Assembly (NCBI GenBank): GCA_963732365.1
Contig: CAVSZC010000001.1
Span: 354,526 to 418,525 of the forward strand
Source of the DNA: an uncultured Bacteroidales bacterium
GTDB taxonomy: Bacteria > Bacteroidota > Bacteroidia > Bacteroidales > VadinHA17
Reading direction: 5' to 3'
Length of the DNA: 64,000 nt
Shown here: positions 56,254-64,000 of the stretch, piece by piece
Layout of the letters: every line of letters starts with the position of its first letter
Numbering within the stretch: position 1 is the first letter of the stretch
The notes under the pieces: model-generated
Seen by the model: the letters and a program-made list of their open reading frames with translations, nothing else
Databases searched by the model: none
What the model was told of the DNA's origin: nothing
Program-made: the position numbers and the translations under genes

Positions 56254-58299
56254 TCAATTGAGAAACGAGTATTTTCTTCCGTACTCCATCATCTGTTCCA
56301 GGTAATCATCGCAGTATTCGACTTTCACGTCAGTGATTTTCCCCTGACCGTCACGGACAGGGACGAGGCGCGGATTGACAAACCCGATGTAAGGAGCCAG
56401 ATCAAGCTTTGCATATCTTTCAAGTATTTCACCATGAAGCGACTGGTCAACTTTGACACCATATTTCTCTATCATCTCCCTGCCGGCTTCGAAATCTCCC
56501 TCAGACTTTATCCTCTGTACCTCTTTCAGCATCTCACCGAAAAGGGATCTCAGCCTTTCATAGTCATTTATCCTGACATATGTCTTCCCGTCCCTCGTGA
56601 CTGCCTCTGTCACATTATCCTGCCGGCCCTTCTCGTATACCCAGTGGGCAATGGCGGAACGGCAGCGCATATGTGCCTGTTCAATATCTTTTCCGGGAGT
56701 GATCCTTGCCAGCTGAGTCATGAAACCGTTGCGTATGTAATTATCATATGCCGCCTTTGCAACATCATCTGACTCCATTAGTCCCATCTCTCTCATTTTA
56801 GGATCCATCATATAGTACAGTGCGAAGAGGTCAGCTCTCATCTCCTCAAGGGGCGAGGCATAGTTTTTCAGGGCGTTGGGGTCAGTTCCCGGAGCCAGTT
56901 TGCCGCTGGCATGCCCAATACATTCATGCATATCGGTATGGAGGGCGTCGGCAAGAGACCCGTAGCTGACCGCCCTTTCAATCTCAGCCTCATCCCAGGC
57001 AAACTCCTGAAGGAAACCGCTTCCTCTGGCAACTATATCCTTTGCATCAGTGATATTGGCCAGTGTGACTGACTTGGAGCCAGCCTCGGTCCTTATCCAG
57101 TTAGAGTTCGGGAGATTGATACCAAGAGGAGAGGCCGGATAACAATCGCCGCCAAGCATGGCTACGTTGATGACGCTTGCCGCGACACCAGTGACCTTCT
57201 CCTTCCGGTATGCCGGGTCTACGGGGGAGTTATCTTCGAACCACTGAGCATTGGCAGTGATCAGAGCAGTCCGTTTCGAAGCTTCAATATCCTTGTAATC
57301 AACAACCGACTCCCATGTGGCCTTCATGCCGAGCGGATCACCGTAGGTCTCAATGAAACCGTTGATATAGTCGACAGTAAGTCCTGTATTGCCTGCCCAC
57401 AGGATGTTATAGTCATCCCATGTCTTCAGGTCACCGGTCCGGTAATAATCTATCAGCAGTTCTAGCTCTCTCTTCTGTGTGTCACTCAGGGCAACCTCCT
57501 TCGCCTTTTCAAGCCAGAATATGATTGAGTCTATTGCTGCACCGTAAAGCGATCCGCTTCTGTAAGTGACCTCCGTCACCTTCCCGTCTCTCTTCACAAC
57601 CTTGCTGTTAAGGCCCCATGAGACCGGCCTGGGGTCAGCGGGGTCAGCCAGGGAGGCATAATACTGTTCAACCTCTTTCTGGGTCACCCCCTCGTAAAAG
57701 TTGTTGGCTGATGAGGTTATCATATCAACTCCATCCGACTGATCCACTTTCCTTGCATAGAGACCCGGGTCAAAAAGCACCGGTGTCAGAAACGCCACGA
57801 GGTCATCAGGCGTCTGCCCCTCTTTCAGAGGGAGAAGTGATTGATCACTTCCCTTCACGATTGCGGCAAAATATTCCGGCGGGAACCCCGGCACAAACTT
57901 GTCATTTGAATAATGGTGGTGTATCCCGTTTGCAAAAAATACCCTTTTGGCATATGTGATGAAGGCCCTGAATTCATCTGTCTCCCTGTCACCTCCGTAT
58001 GACCCTATCACAGCCTCGATTGTTTTCCTTACGGGGATGTTGTACCTGAAGTTCTGATCCCAGAAGATGTCCCTTCCGCACAGGGCAGCCTCAGAAAGGT
58101 AATAGATGAACTCCTTCTCTGCTGGTGTCAGCTGCTCGAATCCCGGCAGGCGATACCTCAGAACGCTTATATCCTCAAACCGGTCAGCAATGTAGCTGAA
58201 GTCACTGTTCTCTGCCGCCTTACTTCCTTTATGACCGCATGATGTTAAAAGTACAATTCCCATAGCCGCAATTGTTCCTGTTAATAATATCTTTTTCAT
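56254..58299 (-). CDS. Dipeptidyl peptidase III (M49), lipoprotein
   Basis: Lipobox LTSC; GFIETYGDP, GINLPN, HECIGH, EEMRAD and QAHM motifs. Confidence 0.93.
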   Translation of the reverse strand: MKKILLTGTIAAMGIVLLTSCGHKGSKAAENSDFSYIADRFEDISVLRYRLPGFEQLTPAEKEFIYYLSEAALCGRDIFWDQNFRYNIPVRKTIEAVIGSYGGDRETDEFRAFITYAKRVFFANGIHHHYSNDKFVPGFPPEYFAAIVKGSDQSLLPLKEGQTPDDLVAFLTPVLFDPGLYARKVDQSDGVDMITSSANNFYEGVTQKEVEQYYASLADPADPRPVSWGLNSKVVKRDGKVTEVTYRSGSLYGAAIDSIIFWLEKAKEVALSDTQKRELELLIDYYRTGDLKTWDDYNILWAGNTGLTVDYINGFIETYGDPLGMKATWESVVDYKDIEASKRTALITANAQWFEDNSPVDPAYRKEKVTGVAASVINVAMLGGDCYPASPLGINLPNSNWIRTEAGSKSVTLANITDAKDIVARGSGFLQEFAWDEAEIERAVSYGSLADALHTDMHECIGHASGKLAPGTDPNALKNYASPLEEMRADLFALYYMMDPKMREMGLMESDDVAKAAYDNYIRNGFMTQLARITPGKDIEQAHMRCRSAIAHWVYEKGRQDNVTEAVTRDGKTYVRINDYERLRSLFGEMLKEVQRIKSEGDFEAGREMIEKYGVKVDQSLHGEILERYAKLDLAPYIGFVNPRLVPVRDGQGKITDVKVEYCDDYLEQMMEYGRKYSFLN

Positions 58300-58433
58300 G
58301 ATTGCCTGTTCTTAATAGGTCGAAACTAAGGTACCAAAAATGGCTTGCAGAAGGTTCCGGTGTTGATAATTTTTGTAATTCAGCCTTCCAGGCTCAAACA
58401 ATTTGTTAATTTTGAGAATACTAAGCATATCCA

Positions 58434-59762
58434 TTGAAAAAAAACCTGATAACCGCCCCGCTGCTGTTTTTTCTTGCAGGACTCTCGCTTGCAGGGCAGG
58501 ATATTAACACCCTGATATCAAGAGAGGTAAATGCATCTCTCACTTTTGCAGAGTCGATGTACAGAGATCTGCACCAGAACCCGGAGCTCTCCTTTCAGGA
58601 ATTCAGGACAGCCTCGAAAATGGCAGAAGAACTTAGGAAGTTAGGTTTTGACGTAACAACAGGAATCGGCGGCAATGGTGTCGTCGGAGTCATGAAGAAC
58701 GGGAACGGACCAGTAATTATGCTGCGTACTGACATGGATGCTTTACCTGTTAAGGAAGCTACCGGTCTCCCCTTTGCCAGCAATGTCACTGTCACTGATG
58801 TGAACGGTACCGAAACACCTGTGATGCATGCATGCGGGCATGATCTTCATATGACGGTATGGTGGGGTACTCTCAATACGCTGGTCAGCCTCAGGAATAA
58901 ATGGAAGGGAACAGTTATTGCCGTTGCCCAGCCCGCCGAGGAGAGAAGCGGAGGGTCAGAGCAGATGATAAAAGATGGGCTCTATACCCGTTTCCCCAAA
59001 CCTGACTATGCACTCGCTTACCACGTCGCTTCAGACATGCCTGCAGGTACTATCGGCTACCGTGAGGGGCCGATTTTTGCGGGTGTAACATCACTTGATG
59101 TAAAAATCTTCGGGATCGGCGGGCATGGTGCCATGCCGCATAAAACTGTTGATCCGATAGTTCTTGCGGCCAGAATAATACTTGATTATCAGACCATTGT
59201 TAGCAGGGAGATAAACCCTGTCTCTCCTGCTGTGATCACCGTAGGCTCTATCCACGGAGGAGTAAGACATAATATAATTCCATCAGAGGTTGACCTTCAG
59301 CTTACTGTCAGGTTTTTCTCGGACGAGGTACGTGAACAGATAATTTCAGCAATTCAGCGTATCTCACGCGGGGTGGCAATATCTGCAGGGCTGAATGAAG
59401 GTCTCCTGCCCATGGTTACTGTTCAGGACGACTTCACTCCACCGGTAGAAAATGACCCGGAACTGGTAACCAGCGCAGTCTCATCGATGAGCTCAATAGC
59501 AGGCAGGCAGAATATAATAAAAGTAGATCCGGCTACCGTTGCTGAAGACTTCGGCAAGTATGGTCGCACCGCTGAGAATGTAAAGATCGGCCTCTTCTGG
59601 CTGGGAGGAGTGAACACCTCAAAATACCAGGAAAGCATTTCAAATAGTCTTACCCTCCCGGCACTGCACAGCGAATTCTTTGCTCCTGACTTCCGCCCGG
59701 CCTATATTACCGGCGCAAGCGCGATGAGCAGGGCCATAATAGACCTGCTGCAGGCAAAATGA
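58434..59762 (+). CDS. M20D amidohydrolase, exported
   Basis: Signal peptide; HQNPELS, RTDMDALP, MHACGHD, QPAEE, AEDF and LHS motifs; TAATTTTG at 58407-58414; TTG start. Confidence 0.92.
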   Translation: MKKNLITAPLLFFLAGLSLAGQDINTLISREVNASLTFAESMYRDLHQNPELSFQEFRTASKMAEELRKLGFDVTTGIGGNGVVGVMKNGNGPVIMLRTDMDALPVKEATGLPFASNVTVTDVNGTETPVMHACGHDLHMTVWWGTLNTLVSLRNKWKGTVIAVAQPAEERSGGSEQMIKDGLYTRFPKPDYALAYHVASDMPAGTIGYREGPIFAGVTSLDVKIFGIGGHGAMPHKTVDPIVLAARIILDYQTIVSREINPVSPAVITVGSIHGGVRHNIIPSEVDLQLTVRFFSDEVREQIISAIQRISRGVAISAGLNEGLLPMVTVQDDFTPPVENDPELVTSAVSSMSSIAGRQNIIKVDPATVAEDFGKYGRTAENVKIGLFWLGGVNTSKYQESISNSLTLPALHSEFFAPDFRPAYITGASAMSRAIIDLLQAK

Positions 59763-60515
59763 TCAGATAGCAAGAAGATCAAGCACACCGTTTATGAATG
59801 CAAGCGGATGTGCCGGGTTTCCCGGTACGTAGAGATCAACAGTGTGCTCACTGATGAATTTCCTGTTCAACGCCCGGCTGCCGGAAAAGAGTCCTCCGCT
59901 GATTGCATCCGTACCTACAAGAATGATGATCTTCGGATCCGGTATGGCATCATAAGTCATCGTGAGGGCTTCAGCCATGTTCTCTGATACCGGACCTGTA
60001 ATGACAATGCCGTCAGCGTGACGCGGCGATGCCACGAACTCTATGCCGAAGCGTCCCATATCAAAGTTTACGTTCCCTGCCGCCGTTAGCTCCATCTCAC
60101 AGGAGTTGTCTCCCGCGGCAGATACCTCCCTGAGCTTAAGGGCCTTGCTGAAGAGATGCCTTATCTCTCTCCTGACAGCACTGTCGCGGAGTCTGATCTG
60201 ACTCGTCTGACCCGGCCTGACTATCAGATCTTCCCTTATGTTGACTGCGATACGATAATCGTTGGTAAATGAGATCCGGTGTGAGAGCATCAGAGCACAC
60301 TCGTTGCAGAAGAGGCACTTTCCCATGTCAATGGCGCCGCAACGGGCGTCAATTGCCCCTGCAGGGCACATGGCCGATACCTCTTTTATCTCGTCGCCGG
60401 TGATCTCACCTGAGATGACCGGTCTTCCCCTGAATTTTTCGGAAACGGGCCTGTTGCGAAGGTCACTTATATACTGCCTGCCATGGTCTGAGAGAACTTT
60501 TAATTCGTTAAGCAT
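59763..60515 (-). CDS. Ehr small subunit: ferredoxin-like domain fused to a NuoB/HycG-like domain
   Basis: CPAGAI and CLFCNEC, followed by FDMGRFGIEFVASPRHADGIVITGPV, PDPK and VDLYVPG. Confidence 0.88.
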   Translation of the reverse strand: MLNELKVLSDHGRQYISDLRNRPVSEKFRGRPVISGEITGDEIKEVSAMCPAGAIDARCGAIDMGKCLFCNECALMLSHRISFTNDYRIAVNIREDLIVRPGQTSQIRLRDSAVRREIRHLFSKALKLREVSAAGDNSCEMELTAAGNVNFDMGRFGIEFVASPRHADGIVITGPVSENMAEALTMTYDAIPDPKIIILVGTDAISGGLFSGSRALNRKFISEHTVDLYVPGNPAHPLAFINGVLDLLAI

Positions 60516-60545
60516 ATCAGATCTGACTTTTAGTTGGTTTTGTTA

Positions 60546-62060
60546 TTACAGGTCATGACCACAGTATGACAGGTTAAAGCTCTTGTTACACAGCGGGAAG
60601 TCCGATATCTCCGCCCCCCGTACCGCCAGGGCCAGCAAAGTCCAGTTATGGACCGAAGGGTCTTTTATCCTTACGGCAAGTACTTCGCCCTTTTCATCAG
60701 TGAGGATGCAGTGCGAGATCTCACCCCTCCATCCTTCTGTAAGACTGACAGCCAGGGTATCAGGTTTGAATTTCATGCGATAATCAGGTTTTGGGCTTGC
60801 TTCTGATCCCGGGCCCTGAAACCCTTCAAGCAGGTTCATTATCACACTGAATGAGAGGTCAACCTCAAGCTTTCTCATATAACCCCGCGCAAGGACATCA
60901 CCCGTATCGAGGCTTGAAGGGCTGTATTGCATCGCTGTGTATGCCTGAAACGGATGAGAGGCTCTGACATCGCGCTTCATCCCTGATGCTCTTGCAGCCA
61001 CCCCGACAGCTCCGGCATTGCGGGCCTGCACAACTGATACTGCTCCGGTGTTTTCAAACCTCGACAGTATACCGGAGTTATTGTAAACAAGATCAGTTAC
61101 ATTTTTATATCTTCTTATCACATCATTGAGTTTCTCCCGGATATTACCGGCCATCTCAACGGATAATGGGAAGTTTGTTCCGCCAGGTCTTACCAGCCCC
61201 TTTCCGAAGCGGTTGCCGCACCAATCCTGCGTTGTATTTATAACTATTGTCCTCAGTGCCTCGCATGCCGCCTGTCCCAACTGGTATCCCACATCACCGC
61301 ATAATGCAGCGGTGTCACCTATGTGAACGGCTATCCGTTCCATCTCAAGGGCAATGATCCTTTCGGCCTGAAGTTTTGAGGGAGGGATAAAACTGCCCAG
61401 AGCCTCTGCTGCCTGTGAGAATGCGAGAGAATGGCCTACTGCAGTATCACCTGCAATGGATTCTGAAAGGAGCGCCCGATGCAGCATACCCCTGCTTTCA
61501 GTCAGCAGCCTTGAAATGCCCCTGTGCTGATAACCAAGCTGTATCTCAAGATGAAGGACATTCTCACCGTGACAGATGAACCTGAAGTGGCCTGGTTCGA
61601 TGACACCTGCATGAACAGGACCAACACCTACCTCATGAAGCTCTTCACTCTCAATACTGTAAAAAGGATATGTGCTTATCGCGGCATTTTTATCAGCTCT
61701 TTCAGACGGGTATCTTAAAGGTTTCAGCCACGGATGTCCTGTAAACATTATACCCTTCTCTTCAAATATCTCCCTTTCAAATATGTGCATGGGATAATGG
61801 TGGGCAGTAAGAGAGGCCAGCGACTTCAGCTCCTTTTCCTGAACATGAGAATAGATGAAAACCGTATGTGTGTCATCGCCAGCAATGAGAATAAAGAATC
61901 TTATCTTGCCGCCGGTCAGTACAGTGAAATAGTCTATAATATGATGCTCTTTCTTCCTGAGCAGGGCAATGGTCTGCTCAGTAAACGCGTCGTACTCCAG
62001 AACAGGAATATCATTTACACTGACAGCACCCGGGTTATTTTTCAATCTCAAGAATTCCAT
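60546..62060 (-). CDS. Ehr large subunit (HyfG/HycE/NuoCD-like, lacking Ni ligands)
   Basis: FEREI, GHPWLKPLR, VGPVHAGVIEPGHFRF, LGYQHRG, EGWRGE and DPS motifs; C-terminus SDFPLCNKSFNLSYCGHDL. Confidence 0.9.
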   Translation of the reverse strand: MEFLRLKNNPGAVSVNDIPVLEYDAFTEQTIALLRKKEHHIIDYFTVLTGGKIRFFILIAGDDTHTVFIYSHVQEKELKSLASLTAHHYPMHIFEREIFEEKGIMFTGHPWLKPLRYPSERADKNAAISTYPFYSIESEELHEVGVGPVHAGVIEPGHFRFICHGENVLHLEIQLGYQHRGISRLLTESRGMLHRALLSESIAGDTAVGHSLAFSQAAEALGSFIPPSKLQAERIIALEMERIAVHIGDTAALCGDVGYQLGQAACEALRTIVINTTQDWCGNRFGKGLVRPGGTNFPLSVEMAGNIREKLNDVIRRYKNVTDLVYNNSGILSRFENTGAVSVVQARNAGAVGVAARASGMKRDVRASHPFQAYTAMQYSPSSLDTGDVLARGYMRKLEVDLSFSVIMNLLEGFQGPGSEASPKPDYRMKFKPDTLAVSLTEGWRGEISHCILTDEKGEVLAVRIKDPSVHNWTLLALAVRGAEISDFPLCNKSFNLSYCGHDL

Positions 62061-62069
62061 TCCGCCAGG

Positions 62070-63509
62070 CTATTTCATGTTCAGTATTGATATTGACATC
62101 GGTCCTGTTCCGGAGACATCTGAAAAGAGTCCGTTGAGGAAGTCAGGGATATACAGGCATGCTGCCACTGCCAGTCCGAACAGAATATACTGGCTTATAT
62201 AGTCGGTCCTCATCACCTTGTGCTGACGGTTGTAAGACGTCGCAGGCTCTCCTCCGATCACATGGAGGCTTTTGTTGAAGATGCCGTAGAATATCAGGGT
62301 AAGAAGTGTAGCTACGGCAAGGAATAAGAGCCAGTGATCAGACCCCATCTCCCTGAAGAGCATAAACTCACTGACAAAGAGTCCTGACGGGGGTATAGCA
62401 GTGATCAGCAGGACTCCGATTATCAGTATCAGGGCGCCTGCAGGATTAAGTGCCATATAGCCTGAAGCTTTCGAGAGTTTATATGATCTGAGTACCCTGT
62501 GCAGAATGCCGGCGTGGATAAAGAGTCCCGATTTTACGAATGAATGAACCGTGACCTGTATCAGGGCTATATATATACCAGGCTTGCCGAAACTCAGAGC
62601 TATAAGCACAAGACCCATATGCTCAACCGTTGAATAGGCAAATACCCGCTTAAGGTTACTGGCTTTCTGCATATAGATTGCGGCTGCCAGCAGAGAGATC
62701 ATACCTGTCAGAACGAGTACGTTGTTGATCCATCCTGCAATGGCAGATGCCGCCATGGTCTCGTAGACGCGGAAAAAGACTATGAAACCCCCGTTTACGA
62801 GAGCCGTGGAGAGGAAAGCGCTTACCGGGGCCGGAGCTACGTAGTTGGCATCAACGCCGATCGTATACAGGGGAAAGACCTCCAGCTTGGAGCTGTAGCC
62901 GGTAAGGATAAGAATAAAGGCAATCTTAAGGTAGATGGGATCGGTATTCTCGAAAGCAATTCTCAAGCCGTCATATGACATATCACCCGTCTTTCCAACA
63001 CCGGAGGCAGCACTGGCAAAGAGGATCCCTATATATGCAAGGGCAATTCCGACCGAGCAGATAAACACATACTTCCAGGTAGCCTCGAGGGAAGACATCG
63101 ACCTGTTGTGATTAATAAGACCTGCGGCAGACAATGTGGTCAGCTCGATAAAAATCCATGAAACAATGATATTATTGGCAGTATATACCCCTGTCAGCGA
63201 AAGATTTAGCATTATGAAAGAAAAGAAGAAGAGTTTTCGTTTCCAGTCATCATCCTCCCTAACATATACAATGCTATGGTAAAATACTGCAGCAGAGAGT
63301 ATTGCCATCACCATAAGAAATATGACTGACAGTGAGTCAAAAGTAAAATATTTGAGCTCGGTATTACCCTTGGCAGAAAATGCATAAACGGCCAGGGAGG
63401 CCTGGACAATGACGAACAAGAGGTTTATGGTCAGGCATACTCTTCTGTCTCTGACGATGAAGATCAGCCCGGCGAATAAAATACCTGTTATGAAATAAAT
63501 AGCCAGCAT
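62070..63509 (-). CDS. HyfF-like proton-translocating membrane subunit
   Basis: WIFIELTT, LEATWKY, APAPVSAFLS, KRVFAYSTVEHMG and IPPSGLFVSE motifs. Confidence 0.9.
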   Translation of the reverse strand: MLAIYFITGILFAGLIFIVRDRRVCLTINLLFVIVQASLAVYAFSAKGNTELKYFTFDSLSVIFLMVMAILSAAVFYHSIVYVREDDDWKRKLFFFSFIMLNLSLTGVYTANNIIVSWIFIELTTLSAAGLINHNRSMSSLEATWKYVFICSVGIALAYIGILFASAASGVGKTGDMSYDGLRIAFENTDPIYLKIAFILILTGYSSKLEVFPLYTIGVDANYVAPAPVSAFLSTALVNGGFIVFFRVYETMAASAIAGWINNVLVLTGMISLLAAAIYMQKASNLKRVFAYSTVEHMGLVLIALSFGKPGIYIALIQVTVHSFVKSGLFIHAGILHRVLRSYKLSKASGYMALNPAGALILIIGVLLITAIPPSGLFVSEFMLFREMGSDHWLLFLAVATLLTLIFYGIFNKSLHVIGGEPATSYNRQHKVMRTDYISQYILFGLAVAACLYIPDFLNGLFSDVSGTGPMSISILNMK

Positions 63510-64000
63510 CAGTCAGTCAGCTTTGTCAAACTCTCAGCTTCAAATCCTCCTGTACGATGCCCTATTCTTGTCATGAATATGCTCATTATCAGGACTGCAA
63601 TAAAAATATCAAGCAGGATACCTGCATTAACAAGGAGAGGGAACTCCTTCCCTATCGCTATCGAAAAGAGGAAGACCGAGTTCTCTATTATCAGGAATCC
63701 CACAAGATGACCAAATATGAGCTTCCGTGCGCTTATCAGCACCAGCCCGGTGAAGAGTGTAAAAAATGCAATGACAAGGAAAGTACTGTCAGCAGTATGA
63801 ATTGCCAGCATCCTTGCAAGGAGCAGGCTTATGCCGAGCGCCAGTATCATGATCATTACCGTATAGTTGCCGGCGAGAGATCTCTTGTGGACGTTGCGTA
63901 TTCCCGTACCCTGAAGTATTCTCCTGAGGAGCCATGGGACGATGACCGATTTGAATATTATCGTCTCTGCAAGGATCAGGGCAAGGTTTACATACGAAAA
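63509..64000 (-). CDS. HyfE-like membrane subunit (5' end lies outside the window)
   Basis: Frame open from 64000 (FSYVNLALILAETIIFKSVIVPWLL...); GFLIIENSVF and GILLDIF motifs; TGATG overlap with the next gene. Confidence 0.82.
   Translation of the reverse strand, partial: FSYVNLALILAETIIFKSVIVPWLLRRILQGTGIRNVHKRSLAGNYTVMIMILALGISLLLARMLAIHTADSTFLVIAFFTLFTGLVLISARKLIFGHLVGFLIIENSVFLFSIAIGKEFPLLVNAGILLDIFIAVLIMSIFMTRIGHRTGGFEAESLTKLTD

Noticed and set aside
60546-62060. Call as [NiFe]-hydrogenase or formate hydrogenlyase large subunit
   Set aside because: Both Ni-binding CxxC motifs are absent.
1-64000. tRNA, rRNA, riboswitch, prophage or integron features
   Set aside because: No recognisable signatures by eye, and intergenic regions are short. 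A covariance-model scan would be needed to exclude small RNAs.

Overview
Gene-dense chromosomal segment from a member of the Bacteroidota, most likely an anaerobic Bacteroidales-type organism. This assignment rests on a SusC/SusD pair, TAnnTTTG promoters, a T9SS-type C25 protease and an HECIGH-type dipeptidyl peptidase III. Contents in order: 3' end of a multiheme cytochrome c; GT2; ChaN; a probable amino-sugar locus (SusC/SusD, degenerate ROK, NagD, GbsR/MarR regulator, FucP/NagP transporter, NahK-like kinase, SGNH esterase) interrupted by one complete IS3-family element; a three-gene biotin-dependent acyl-CoA carboxylase; peptide transport and peptidase genes; a PstS-like/TPR/ExbB/ExbD/ExbD/TonB operon; a Tat aldo-keto reductase with a DUF6599-like partner; an AlbA_2 protein; a sensor-PP2C phosphatase; a C25 protease; a 3-keto-glycoside cleavage cluster; AmrS; a DEDDh/GIY-YIG nuclease; PiT/DUF47; and the 3' part of an Ehr (hydrogenase-related, nickel-less) operon. 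No rRNA, tRNA or CRISPR array was seen. Most striking signals: (1) intergenic tandem arrays with a near-strict 7-nt period but many different unit sequences, starting at stop codons and often in two or three parts, with the IS sitting at the join of one such pair; (2) an Ehr small subunit in which three of the four cluster-ligating Cys are replaced by Asp/Asp/Asn; (3) a TPR protein in the TonB operon carrying a SusC-type N-terminal-extension domain. All product calls come from motif recognition by eye; no database searches were run.
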